61,691 nt of DNA, from NCBI GenBank assembly GCA_000388065.2, contig KB932202.1. The stretch is one strand, 5' to 3'. Made by a program: the position numbers and the translations under genes. This document shows, one piece after another, positions 38,317 through 51,530 of this stretch. The notes beneath the pieces are model-generated. The model was given only the letters and a program-made list of their open reading frames with translations. It made no database searches and had not been told where the DNA came from. This DNA is from Fonticula alba ATCC 38817. Taxonomy: Eukaryota > Protista > Nucleariida. Numbering within the stretch: position 1 is the stretch's first letter; each line of letters begins with the position of its first letter.

Positions 38317-40378
38317 GGCCCCTGCCGCTGTCCCCCCTTTTTTTCGCACGCAAAAAAGGGGGATGTGGCCCAGTTGGCCGCGGCGCTACGCCCGACGGCC
38401 CGGCGCCGCCTCCTTCCTCCTCCGTTTCATTTTCTCGCCTTCCTCCTTGTTGGTCTGTGGTGCTTTCCCCTCCCCCTCCCTCCTTTTCTCTTCCTCCCCT
38501 CCCCCTTGCTCCCATGTATGCGTGTGTGTGTGTGTGTATGCGCGCGCGTGTGCGTGCGTGTACGCGCATGTGCACGCGCCCGAGCACTTGCCCTCGCCCA
38601 ATAAAAACCTCTCCCTCTCGCGCCCCTCAACGCACGCGCCATGCACATGCTGCCTGCCTGTGTCCTGTGGACGTGTAGGGTACATGGCACACGGCCGTCC
38701 ATCCTCGGGCGCCCATCGGCGGGGCAGGGGCGAGGCGCCGCGCACAGGTCTTTCTTGCCACTCCCGCGCACACCTTTTGTCAGGCCCATTCAGGCATGCG
38801 ATCGGTGCGCGTGTGCCGCACGCGGCCGCGCGCACACGGCTGACCCCCTCTTGCCCGTGTCCTGCCTGCTGCTTCGTGCCTTCCACACATGCGCCTGGGA
38901 ATGGGGCCTCCCTGCACATGTGTCTCCGGGACCTGCGGGCATTCCCCCCCNNNNNNNNNNNNNNNNNNNNNNNNNNNNNNNNNNNNNNNNNNNNNNNNNN
39001 NNNNNNNNNNNNNNNNNNNNNNNNNNNNNNNNNNNNNNNNNNNNNNNNNNNNNNNNNNNNNNNNNNNNNNNNNNNNNNNNNNNNNNNNNNNNNNNNNNNN
39101 NNNNNNNNNNNNNNNNNNNNNNNNNNNNNNNNNNNNNNNNNNNNNNNNNNNNNNNNNNNNNNNNNNNNNNNNNNNNNNNNNNNNNNNNNNNNNNNNNNNN
39201 NNNNNNNNNNNNNNNNNNNNNNNNNNNNNNNNNNNNNNNNNNNNNNNNNNNNNNNNNNNNNNNNNNNNNNNNNNNNNNNNNNNNNNNNNNNNNNNNNNNN
39301 CCCCCCGGGCCCCCCTGCCGCGTCGCTTGGAATATGGCCCCCGTCCGGGGGCGGGGCCGCGGGCCGGGCTGGGCACACACACACACACGCAGACACACAC
39401 ACACACGCAGCAGGCCCCCATTGAGGCGGATCGCCGCCAAGTCTTTCACACGTCCACGTGATCGTGTCCCAATGTTCTCACTCCCCATCGGCCGCCCGAC
39501 CGGGTATCTTGGGCCTGTGTCTTTTTTTTTTTGTGCATTGTGTACCCGGTCGTGTGTGCGTGTGCACCGAGAAGACCGGGGGACAGGGACTGAGGGGCAG
39601 AGAGATTGTGAGTGCGGCCACCACGGCGGCAGGCCTCCTGCCCGGCCCCCGCGCCCCGGGGGTGTGTTGTGTCGAGCGCGGTCGGTCGGCCTTGGGCAAG
39701 GGGCGAGGCCCGGCCGGAAAAAATGCGTCCCGGGCGCGCTTCCTCCTCTCTCACGTTGGCGTGGCGGCGTCGACGGCTGGCCGGCCGGCGGGGGGGGGGG
39801 CGGGGGGGGGGGCCATTATCTCCCCCTTCGGAGGATGGCCCCGGCCGGCCAGCCCTCGGTCCGCCGTGGCCCTCTGATCGATCGGCCCCGCTCGTGACCC
39901 GGGCACGGCCCACTCTGCCCGAGGGCGCGCGGCCCGGGGTGGCGGGGGACGCCAGCGGCGGACAGCTGGCCCCCTCAGCCGGCTGTGCCGGGAAAAATGG
40001 CCGCCCTTTCCCAAGCAGCCACCACCGCCGGAGACGGGGAAGACACGCAGGCCGGGCGGGGCACGGACATGTGTATGTGTGTGTATGTCTGGGCGCGCGT
40101 GTGTGGAAGATCGCAGGCCGGTGTTTCATCTCCCGGCGGCCTGCGCCGCACGGTTAATGAATCGGACGCGTGCGTGCGCGCCAACCGGGCCCCAGGCGGC
40201 ACGCGTGCTTGTGCCGTTGTCATCCTGGATCAACGGCCGGGGGCTCCGCGCGAAGGCTCGCCGGCGGTTTTGTCCGTTCGCCGGCCTGGCTGGCTCTTCG
40301 GCGCGCGCGCGCGCCGGCCGGCCGGCCGGCAGCCGGGTCCGGCGGCCTCGGCGCTGGGGATTTCCTTTGAACTGCACT

Positions 40379-40433
<55 letters not shown>

Positions 40434-41330
40434 GGCTGCCGGCCGCCCTCCGGGCCGGGCCGCCCCCCCCCATCGCCCCCTCCCTGTCCCCTTGGGGCGC
40501 CTGGCCCCAACTGCGCGCGAGCCCGCGCACGCGAGTTCGCCGGGGCCCAGGAGGGGGAGAGGTCCAGTTGTCCCCCCCCCCCCGTCCTCCCGTCCTGGAA
40601 GGGGCGTCTCCGCGCGCGCACGCGCGTGTGCGCTCCCATCTTGCCCCCCTGTGTCCCCCCCCCCCACCTACCTGCTTTGAACCCGGCCACCACGCCAGGG
40701 CCCGGCCCCACTCACTCATCCCCCCATCTGCGGCGCAGCACGAGAGCCGGAGTCCGGCCGGCGCCGGGGGCCCCGCCTCGTCGCACGNNNNNNNNNNNNN
40801 NNNNNNNNNNNNNNNNNNNNNNNNNNNNNNNNNNNNNNNNNNNNNNNNNNNNNNNNNNNNNNNNNNNNNNNNNNNNNNNNNNNNNNNNNNNNNNNNNNNN
40901 NNNNNNNNNNNNNNNNNNNNNNNNNNNNNNNNNNNNNNNNNNNNNNNNNNNNNNNNNNNNNNNNNNNNNNNNNNNNNNNNNNNNNNNNNNNNNNNNNNNN
41001 NNNNNNNNNNNNNNNNNNNNNNNNNNNNNNNNNNNNNNNNNNNNNNNNNNNNNNNNNNNNNNNNNNNNNNNNNNNNNNNNNNNNNNNNNNNNNNNNNNNN
41101 NNNNNNNNNNNNNNNNNNNNNNNNNNNNNNNNNNNNNNNNNNNNNNNNNNNNNNNNNNNNNNNNNNNNNNNNNNNNNNNNNNNNNNNNNNNNNNNNNNNN
41201 NNNNNNNNNNNNNNNNNNNNNNNNNNNNNNNNNNNNNNNNNNNNNNNNNNNNNNNNNNNNNNNNNNNNNNNNNNNNNNNNNCCCCCCCCCCCTCAATACT
41301 GCCCCAGCTCCCAGCCCGCCGGTTCATGTC

Positions 41331-44151
41331 ATGTCCCTGGAATCGAGTGTCCCGCTGCCGGAGTCCACGTCGTCCGAGGCCTACTCGCCCTCGCCTCTGT
41401 CTACGCCGCGACCACACCGCCTGGGTCGATCGGAGCCGATTTCGCCCCCGGCTGCTGTCCCCGCCGCTGGCAGCCCCGCCGACCAGGCAGCCCGCCTGTC
41501 GCCCGCTCGCACCCCGGCCATGACGCAGCCCAGCCCCGAGCCGCCGGCCACCGACCCGCGGCACGACCTGGCTGCGCTGTCGGACTCTTCCGGCAGCAGC
41601 AGCAGCAACAGCAGCAGCAGCGGCGGCGGCAACAACAGCGGCCCGTCCTCGGGGGCCGCCTCGGGCAGTGCCCCTAAGTGCGCTTCCCTTCCTCCCGCTC
41701 GCCGCATCCGGCCGGTCACAATCCGCGATCCAGCCCGACACTGACCCTTCCGCTGCCCCCCCCCCCCCCCCTCTCTCTCTCTCTCTCCCTGTCTCCCTGT
41801 CTCCCTCTCTTTCTCGCGCGCGTGCGCGCCCCGTCTCTCCCGGCGCCGGGGGGACCCGGCCCCCAGACGCAATCGCATGGCCCGCGAGCTGGAAAGCCTG
41901 ATCGCCTTTAACCTGGTGCTTGACTGCTTCCCGGCGGCGGGCTCGCGCGCGCGCACTCGACGCTCCCCCTCGGTCCATCCGGGGGGGCCGCGCAGCGGGT
42001 CACCGACCACCTCGCTCCCCGGCGCGCCGGGCTCCGGCAGCGGGGCCTCCCCCGGGGGCGGTGCGCCCGTCGCCGATCCCGGCCGATCGCCCCCGGTATC
42101 GCCCTCGCCGCGCGGCGGGGGCCCGGCCTCGCCGGTGACCTCCACGCCGGCCGGCCGGCCCGGCCCCGGCGGCAGGACGCCCTCGCCATTGGCCGCGACG
42201 CCGGCCGGTGGCCCGGGCAGCCGGCGCGCCTCGCTCGACCTGTCGGCCGGTGGCGAGGCCGTGCACGGGCTCGGGCTGCCGGCTGTGCATGCCGGCGCCG
42301 CCGGCGCCGTCCTCCTGACGATCCCCGGGGCCATGCCGCGGCGCATGTCCGACCCCGGGCTCCATGGGGGCGGCGGCGGCGGCGGCGGCGGCGGGCTGCT
42401 GGCCGGCTCGGATGGGGCTACCCCGCCGGGCGATGCCCCGGCGTCGCGCGTTTCCCCCTCGAAGCTCCTGCTGACGGTGCCTGCCACGATGATGTCCTCG
42501 GCCGCCGGTGACTGCTCGGCGGCCGCCGGCGACACCAAGCCCCCCGGGTGTGGGCCCGGCTTGGGTGGCTTCGACGCGGACTTTGCCCCCGGCGAGCTGG
42601 CCCATGTGCCGACCCCCTGGCTGGCCGGGCAGCCAGCCACGCCGGCGGCCACCGGCTCCGCCAAGGGCCCTGCCGGAACCGATGCCGACTCCGATGCCGA
42701 GGGCCTGGCCGCCAGCATCGACCCGGGGCCCGCCCTGCGCGGCGGCGTCCATCTGGCCGAGACCCTCGACCGGGCCGGGCTCTCCGGCTCCGCCTACCTG
42801 ACCCCGCAGCTGTTGGCCCATGCGCGGCATCATCAAATTTCCCGGTCGCTCATCGCCCGCCCCAGCCAGGTGGGCATCGAGCGCCTGCCGGTCTTTGTGG
42901 AGGGCGGCGCCGGGGTGGCCTTCTGTGGCTCTGGCGCCTTTTCCTCGTGGTGGCCGCTGGCCATGGTGCGTGTGCAGCGTGCCGCATTGCCGGTCCCCCC
43001 CCCCCTCGTCATGGGCACTCACTCCGTCATCCCTCCCCCCNNNNNNNNNNNNNNNNNNNNNNNNNNNNNNNNNNNNNNNNNNNNNNNNNNNNNNNNNNNN
43101 NNNNNNNNNNNNNNNNNNNNNNNNNNNNNNNNNNNNNNNNNNNNNNNNNNNNNNNNNNNNNNNNNNNNNNNNNNNNNNNNNNNNNNNNNNNNNNNNNNNN
43201 NNNNNNNNNNNNNNNNNNNNNNNNNNNNNNNNNNNNNNNNNNNNNNNNNNNNNNNNNNNNNNNNNNNNNNNNNNNNNNNNNNNNNNNNNNNNNNNNNNNN
43301 NNNNNNNNNNNNNNNNNNNNNNNNNNNNNNNNNNNNNNNNNNNNNNNNNNNNNNNNNNNNNNNNNNNNNNNNNNNNNNNNNNNNNNNNNNNNNNNNNNNN
43401 NNNNNNNNNNNNNNNNNNNNNNNNNNNNNNNNNNNNNNNNNNNNNNNNNNNNNNNNNNNNNNNNNNNNNNNNNNNNNNNNNNNNNNNNNNNNNNNNNNNN
43501 NNNNNNNNNNNNNNNNNNNNNNNNNNNNNNNNNNNNNNNNNNNNNNNNNNNNNNNNNNNNNNNNNNNNNNNNNNNNNNNNNNNNNNNNNNNNNNNNNNNN
43601 NNNNNNNNNNNNNNNNNNNNNNNNNNNNNNNNNNNNNNNNNNNNNNNNNNNNNNNNNNNNNNNNNNNNNNNNNNNNNNNNNNNNNNNNNNNNNNNNNNNN
43701 NNNNNNNNNNNNNNNNNNNNNNNNNNNNNNNNNNNNNNNNNNNNNNNNNNNNNNNNNNNNNNNNNNNNNNNNNNNNNNNNNNNNNNNNNNNNNNNNNNNN
43801 NNNNNNNNNNNNNNNNNNNNNNNNNNNNNNNNNNNNNNNNNNNNNNNNNNNNNNNNNNNNNNNNNNNNNNNNNNNNNNNNNNNNNNNNNNNNNNNNNNNN
43901 NNNNNNNNNNNNNNNNNNNNNNNNNNNNNNNNNNNGTCCGCGCGTCCCCCCCCCCCCCGGCGGAGTGCTTCCCAGGCGCCCGGGAGGGGTCTTGCCGGGG
44001 CCATTTTTCGCCCGGGCTAGATTGATCCCCCAGGAGCCGGCCAGGCACGTTCCCACCTTCGTGGGAGCGGCCAGCAGGGGGGGGGGGGGGGGGACGCGGG
44101 GCGGGGGGGCGGCCACCCGGCAAGCCACCCCCCCGCGCGGGCGCGCGCGCG

Positions 44152-44186
<35 letters not shown>

Positions 44187-47100
44187 TGCCGACTGACCCC
44201 CCTCCCTCTGTCCCCCGTCGGCCCACCTGCCCCGGGCTGCTGTGGTGCCCTGCGCGCAGCATGGCTGTCCAGGTGTCGAAGCTGGCATCGGTGGACCCGG
44301 CGCGCGAGCCGTACCTGACCTTCCGGCGGAACCCCGCCTTCCTGGCCTGCCTCGGCACCCGGGCGGCGGTGAGCTTCATCCGCCATGGCCGGGTGCCGGC
44401 CGGCTTTGCCTGGTGGCCGCGCGGCCGCGAGGCCGAGCACAAGCCCCCCATCGATGGGCCGACCTCCACGGGGTCGGTGACCGGTCGACCGGTGCGCGCG
44501 GCAGCCATGGCGGCGGCGGCGGCCGTCGCATCGGGCGCCACCCCACCGGTGGCCGGGCTCAGCCCGGCCGCCGCCAATGCCGACCTCCTTGGTCAGGCTC
44601 TGCTTTCCGGCGGCGCCCGGCAGGTGGCCGTCATCAAGCAGGAGCCCCTGGCCAGTGGCCCGGTGGCGGCGGGGGCCGATGACGATGCCCCCGGGCCCGG
44701 GGCCACCACCGAGCGCGAGGACGATGACCCCCCGGGCAATGGCGACCCGGCGGGGGGGTCGTCCGGCCCGGCGCCGGAGCCCGGCGATCGGACCCGGCGC
44801 TCGCGGCGCATGCCCACTCGATCTCCCGGGCCGGATGCCACGCGGTCGCCCTCGCCGCAGCCGGTACGCCGGTCTTCCCGGCGGCCGCCCACCCCGCCGG
44901 TGTATTTCCCGTCGGCCAGCCTGGCGGACGCCCCGGGCGATGGGCCAATGGCCGACCCCCCCGGGCCGGCGGCCCGCGGCATGGACCCCACCGAGGAGGA
45001 CAATGCCAGCCCCAGCGGGGGCGGCTTCCTGTCGGACACCGGCACCCGCAAGCGCCGGCGGCGCATCAAGTCCCCCGATGTGCTGGATGATGATTTCGAT
45101 GCCGACCCGGCGGCCGGCGGGCCGAGCGCCGGGCAGGATGAGCCCGGGGCCCGGGGCTCCGGCCCGGGCATGCCGGCCCCCGGCCCCGGCAGCGGGCCGC
45201 ACTCCTCGATGCCGCCGTATCCCCCCCCGGGCACGCCGGCCGGCGGCATGGGCTTCCGGTCGGTGTCCCCGAGCCCGGCCCTGTTCGCCAGCTCCGGCAC
45301 GGCCACCCCCACGGACCCGGGGCTGGAGGGGGCCGGCTCGGGGGCCGGCGATGTGGCCGTGCTGGCCACCGCGGGCGATGTGGCCCGGCACCTGCTGTAC
45401 CTGCCCTCGGACCGGGAGTTCATCCGGGGCCCGACCGTGTCGCCCGGGGCCGTGGCCTTCTACGACCGCCTGCGTCGGGTGTGGGATGGCTTGGATTATG
45501 CCTTCTCCGATTCGGACCTGGACTTGGATTCCGGGTCGGAGTCCGAGGCCGAGGGCGGCGGCGCGGGCGCCCCCTCCCCCGGGCAGGCGCTCCTCTGCGA
45601 GGAGACCGGGGCTCTGCGACTGCCCTCCGGGGCGGTGCTCGGCCCGGCGGCGCAGCTACTGACGCCGGCCGGCCTGCTTCAGGCGCGTGCCGAGCATCTG
45701 GCCGAGCTCCGGCGCCTGCAGGTCGACCACACGTCGGCCCTGCATGGCCAGCCCCCGGACCCCGGGAGTCCGCCCTCCCCCTGTGCCTCCTCTTCGGCCA
45801 CCGTGGCCGGGTCCTCCGCCTCCTCCGCCTCCTCCGCCTCCTCTTCGCAGGTCAGCGACCCGCCGACGGACTTCCACAGCTCGGACTTTGACTCGGCCTA
45901 TGAGAGTGATGCCGAGGACCTCCCGCTGCCGGGCGAGCAGCTGGCCCCGTCGGTGGCGGCCCTGCGCCGGCGACCGCGCGATGTGACCCGAGCAGGCGCC
46001 AGCCCGGCCCCGGCCGCGGCCGCGGCTTCAACCCCGGCCTCGGCCGGCTCCGCGTCGCCGCTGCTCCGGTCCAGCCGCCAGCGGCAGTCAGCCGTGGCGG
46101 CGGCCGGCGCCTCCTCGGCCACGCCCGGCGGGTCCGCCGGCGACCCCGATCAGAAGCTCTTCGCCGACGTGTCGGCCCGGGTCTTGCGGCTGGAGGCCGA
46201 CAACCCGGATGCGCTGAACCTTCGCTGGTGGCGCTCGGCCCTGCGCACGGCCTGCGCCACGCGAACCCCCCTGCTGACGGTGCTCGGCGTGCCGCGCCTT
46301 ACCCGGCCGCCGGTCGTCGGTGCGTGTGATGCATCCCTCCTCCTCCTCCTCCTCTCTCTCTCTCTCTCCCTGTCCCCGCTCGCTGCATGTTTGTCCGACT
46401 GACCCCGTCGCCCTCGCGCTCGCCCTGGGCCCTGGTGCTGGGTCCTGGCGCGCTCCCCCCCCCCCCCCCGTCCCCTGTCCAGGCAATGCCCAAGTGGACC
46501 TGCGACAGCTGTACCGGGCCGTTCGCCGACGCGGCGGCGTCCAGGCCGTCACCGAAACCTCCCTCTGGCGAGATGTCTACTATGCGATTGAGCTGCCGAA
46601 TTACACCACCAACTTTGCGTACCACCTGCGGGATGTCTATCGGCGGTACCTGCTGCCGTATGAGGCGCGGCTGCGGCTGCGCCGGCGGTCGCACACCGAT
46701 CCCGAGGCCTGGCACCCGCACGTCCTCGACCAGTCACTGGTGCTCCCGGTGCCGGAGGCGGTGCTGGGCGGCCGGTCTGGCGGCCCGGCGGCCGGGGGCA
46801 GCGCGCGCCGCGGTGTCGGCACCACCGAGCCGGCCGCGCACCTCGGCTCGCTGGTGCTCGGCTGGCCGAAGCGCCTGCGCCGGCATCTCCACTGCGGGGG
46901 GGCCTTCTCCGCGACGTCCGTCCGCCAGCTGGGCCCCCTGCTGGCTGGGACCTTTGTGGGTAGCTCGGCGGCTGCCTTCCCGGCGGTGACCACCGCCGCG
47001 CACTCGGCCCTGGTGGCGGCCAGCGCCGTTGGCCATGGGCCGGGCGGGGCAGCCGGCGGGGCCCCGGGGTCCGGGCCGTCGTCTGGCGGCGGGGGGGCAT

Positions 47101-50100
47101 CGCCGGCCGCCACGACGGCGGCCACGGCCGCCGCCGCCGCCGCCGCCGGGCAGGTCCCCCTCATCGCGCCGGTGCTCGTGGTGCTGACGGTGCTCTTCAG
47201 CATCCACGCCAATCCGCAGATCCTGGCAGCCGGGGCCATCGGCCCGCCGAGCCCGCAGCTGAGCCGGTCGCCGACCGACTCGGCCGCGGCGGCGGCCCTC
47301 ATCGCCTCGGTGTCCGGCGCGGTGGTGGCCCTTTCCGGGGACCGGGTTGCCTACCGGCCCAATGACCGGGTGGTTGTCCTGTCCCCGCGCGACCGGGTCG
47401 AATACTCGGCGCGCATCCTCAAGTTGGACTTCGAAGGGAAGTCCTCCGGCGGCGGGCCCGGCACCCCGGGCGCCTCCTCCGGGCCCGGCGGCGGCAGCGG
47501 CAGCGGCAGCGGCAGCGGCAGCAGCCCTGCCACCGGCGGCGGGGCTGGCACCGGACCGGCCAGCCGTCGCGGCGGGGCCACCGGGCCCGCGGGTGCCAGC
47601 TCGACCGCCGGGCCCGACGCCGGGCCCGCCATCCCCCGGCGGTACTTCGTCCACTACAATGGCTGGAACTCCAGCTACGATGAGTGGGTCCCCTCAGACC
47701 ATGTGCTCCGGCCCCTGGGGCCGATGGCCGCATCGGCCGGCAACCCCTCCAGCGGGGCTGGGGGTGGTGGTAGCGCATCGCGCAAGCGCCCGGGCGCCAG
47801 CCCGGCCGCCGCCAGCCCCTCCACCCCCTCGGGCCCGGCCCGGCCGGGCGCCGGGCGTTCGCTGCTGGCCGACAGTGTGGCCATGCCGCCGACCTCGCCA
47901 TCGGCCCCGCCGGCTCGGCACAACAACGCCAATGCCTCGCCGATGACCTCCTCGCCGTTGATCTCGGTGGTGGCCACGGCGGCCACCGTGGCTGCCAGCC
48001 AGTCGGACCCCGGGTCCGATCAGCCGTCGGCCTCCTCGGAGGCCGAGGACGCCACCTCCGACGACGACACGACCGAGGCCCAGCAAACCCGCGCGCGCCG
48101 GTCTGCCCGGCGGCAGCTCAAGCGCCGGAGTGTCCTGTCTGACGGGTCGGACACCATGGAGGGCGGGGGCAGCCCGCCGGCGGCTGGGCCGGCGGCCGCC
48201 AAGCGCCCGCGCCTCGTCGCGGCCCCGGCCACCAGCGACCACGACGAGGATGCCAGTGACGGCGGCGAGGTGCCGACGACCGGCCCCGATGTGGCCTCTC
48301 CTGCGCCGGCCGCCGGTGGGGACCTGCCCTTCGAGCTGAAGCTGTCGCCCGACATGCGGGCTACCGCCACCGCCGCCGCCGCCGCCGACGCCGACGCCGA
48401 CGCCGACGTTTCGCTCGAGGATGATGCGACCGACAAGGCGGGCCTGGTGGAGGTCAAGCCTGATCCGGACCGGCGGGCGTTCGCGCGCGCTGCCTCCCCG
48501 CCGTCTGCCGGTGGTGGCATTGGCCATGGCACCGGCGGCGGGCCCTCGCCGACACGGGGGCCGGTCGCACGCTCGGCCGCCCCCCCGGGGGCGCGGCCCG
48601 TGGTCGCCTCGAAGCCCGGGCCCGATGGAGCCGTGGCCGATGACACCATGGCTGATGCCGACTGCGAGGGTGCCAGCGAGGATGGCGACGATGAGGAGGA
48701 GGAAGAGGAGGACGAGGATGTGGCGGCGGCGACGACGACGACGGAAGCACGCCCGGCGATGGGCCCTGTCCCGGCCACTCGGCCGAGCACGCCGCCGCCG
48801 CCGCCGCCGCCGGCCACCATCCCGGCACGCGGGCCCACGCGCCCCAAGCGCGAGGACGTCCCGGCTGCCATGTCCGGCCCGTCGCACCCGGCATCCCCCC
48901 GGCGGATGCCCTCGGCCAGCGCGGCGCCGCATCTTTCCCCCCAAATCAAGGACCACTCGCCGACCCGGGCGACGACGGCGGCGGCCGGCTCGTCGGCCTC
49001 CTGCAACGATGTCCGGTTCTCCGGGCCGGTGGTGGAGTCCGACCCGTCGGACGAGTCGTTCCCCGCGTCGCCGACCTCCTCGCCCGGGTCGTCGGCCGCC
49101 TCGACGCCGGTCAATGGCGCGCACCTGCGGCCGCAGCGCGGCGCCACGTCGGCCACCGCGTCGCCGGCCGGGGCGCTGCACTCGCCGGCCCCGGCCGTCG
49201 ACCGGCGCAGCTCGATTGTCATCAAAATGGAGTCGCCCAATCCGCTCCCCTACCACCGGGCGGACCCGTTGCTCGCGCCTGCCCGGGCCCTGGACCCGGG
49301 CCCGGACCTGGAGGACGACTCCGCTGCCGGGGGCCTGGTCAATGTGTCCTCCGAGCGCCGGGGCACCGAGCGTGCGGGCGAGTGGGAGGACTCGCCGCCG
49401 GAGACCCCGGCCGCTCCGCTGGCCCTGACCCGGCCCCGGCGCGCGGTCCAGCGCTCGCCCAACTACACCTTCGACTTGGACCCGGCGGACTTGCTGCAGG
49501 GCGACGAGCCGGACCGGGTGGCGGCCACGGCCCCATCCAGCCGGTCGGAATCGTCCGGCTCCCTGTCCGTCGGCAGTGGCGAGGGCGGGGCGGCGGCGGC
49601 GGCGACGGCGACGGCTACTGTCGACCTGGCGGACCCTGGGTCCGGCTCGGCCACCCCTGCCGCCTCAGGTCGGGCTGGTGCTCCGGGCCCGGCGGCTGAC
49701 GATGCCTCGGACGCCGGGCCGCCGGGCAGCGGCCGGCCGATCGCGGCCCGGTCGCGCATCGCCTCGCGCAACCACTCCCGGTCGCGGTCGGCCTCGCCGC
49801 ATCCGGATCGCCTCCTGCGCCGGGCCAATGACTCGGGGCCGGGCGGCGACTCGGACGCCGGGGCCGAGGACGATTTGGTCACCATCACCCCGGCCAAGCA
49901 GCCCGGTGCCCGGGGCGGCGACTCGGGCACGACCCCCGGGTCGGCAGCCGCGGCGGTGGCTGTGGCCCGGCTGTCCCGCAGCGGGGGCGGCCCCGGTGGC
50001 GGTGGCGGCCGGCTTCGGTCGCGCTCCGCCTCGCCGGTGAATGCCCGGCGTCGGGCCTCCTCGCGCGCGGCCGCCACCGGCCACCACCTGTCGCTGGGCT

Positions 50101-50981
50101 TCGAGTCCGAGAGCGGCAACGAGTCCGACCACTACTCCTCGGACACCGGGGCCGGGACCACCCCCCGGACGCCGGGGCCTCCCTCGGACGAGCTCGACCC
50201 GCTTGGCAGCACCACCGCAAGTGGCAGCGGCAGCAGCAGCAGCAGCAGCAGCAACACCAGTGCCGCGACCAGTCGCGGGGCCAGTGTCTCCTCCTCGGCA
50301 GGCGTGTCGGCCTCGGCCTCGCTGGCCTCGCTGACGGATGCCGACAGCCCGGCCCCCCCGTCGGGTGATGAGGCCGTGACCCCGGCCGGCGGGGGCAGCC
50401 GCCGGGGGGGTGCCCACGCCTCGGGGGCCGGCTCACTGTCGGCCGCCCGCGCCGCGGGCAGTGGCCTCGGCGGCCGGACGCCGCATTCGCCGCTGGCGCA
50501 TGGCGGGGCGGCGGACGACTCGCCGGTGGCACAGCGCCCGCCGCACCCGCCCTCGGCCACGCGATCGACCAAGCGGGCCCATGCCACGGCCGGGTCTCCC
50601 AGCTCGCCGGCGGTGCAGTCCTCCTCCGGGGCCGAGGCCGCCGATGGGGCCGCCGGCCGCCGGGGCGGCGCCAAGCGCCGGCGCATGGTGATCCTGCACT
50701 CGGTGTCGGTGCCGGAGTCCCTGGCACAAGCCCTGCGTGACCGGGCCTCCGAGCACACGGTCGACATCAATGCCCTGCTGCCGGGTCTGGCCCGGGAGAC
50801 ATCGCCAGCCGAGCGCATCCGCATGATGGAAGCCCGCCTGACGGAGCTCCGGCAGAAGTACCAAGACCTGCGTATGACGCTCATAGAGAATACCGCGTCG
50901 CTGGCCGGCGGCCGGCACGCGGCGATGGCCGTCTCGGCCTTCCCGGAAGACGATGACGACGAGGGGCACGACTCCTCTTAG
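41331..50981 (+). CDS. ARID4: ARID4/RBBP1-like chromatin protein: RBB1NT/PWWP-like, ARID, chromobarrel (Tudor-knot), C-terminal coiled coil
   Basis: ARID: RPPVVG|NAQVDLRQLYRAVRRRGGVQAV..LWRDV..LRDVYRRYLLPYE. Chromobarrel: VEYSARI..YFVHYNGWNSSYDEWV. C-terminus: ERIRMMEARLTELRQKYQDLR. RBB1NT-like: SSWWPLAM..AAVSFIRHGRVPAGFAW. Exons 41331(start uncertain)-41677, 41867-42965, [exon(s) in gap], 44260-46319, 46483-50981. Confidence 0.8.
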
Positions 50982-51530
50982 GGATGAGAGGGGGCCCGGC
51001 ACGCGCGGGCCGCGGCAGAGCCGGGCGAGACATGGGTGCCTGGTCGCATGTGCGTGGCTGCGCGTGACTGCTTACACCCTCGCCACCCTCTCCCGGTGTC
51101 CCCCGCCGCAAGGATGGCCGAGAGCAGGCCAGGCAGCGCCGTGAATCCACACACACACACACACACACGCACATGCACACACCTATCTTTGCATATATAT
51201 ATATATATATGCCCTCCTTCTGCTCATCTCCCTCTCCCTCTCATTCTTGCTCCCTTCCGAGCACCCCCCGGCTGTTTCGCCCCCTGCGCAGCCCCCCCTT
51301 CCCTCACACACACACACACGCACCACACATGTCCTTGAGTATTTACAATACATTGTTACCCTTCGCATCTACAGCCCGCCTGCCCTGGTGTATGTGCGTA
51401 GATGCGCGCACTCGGGGTCCTGCTCGGAGCCAGACCGCCCCGCAAAAAGGGAGGGAGGAGGGGAACCGGGCCAGGGAGCAAGCGGGGGGTGGGGGGGAGG
51501 GACAAAAAGCCGGACGGCGGCGGATCGACA

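Noticed and set aside
47150-47230. Hydrophobic stretch in the ARID4-like protein resembling a TM helix
   Set aside because: It is a single segment in an otherwise nuclear architecture, more likely a buried or interaction helix.
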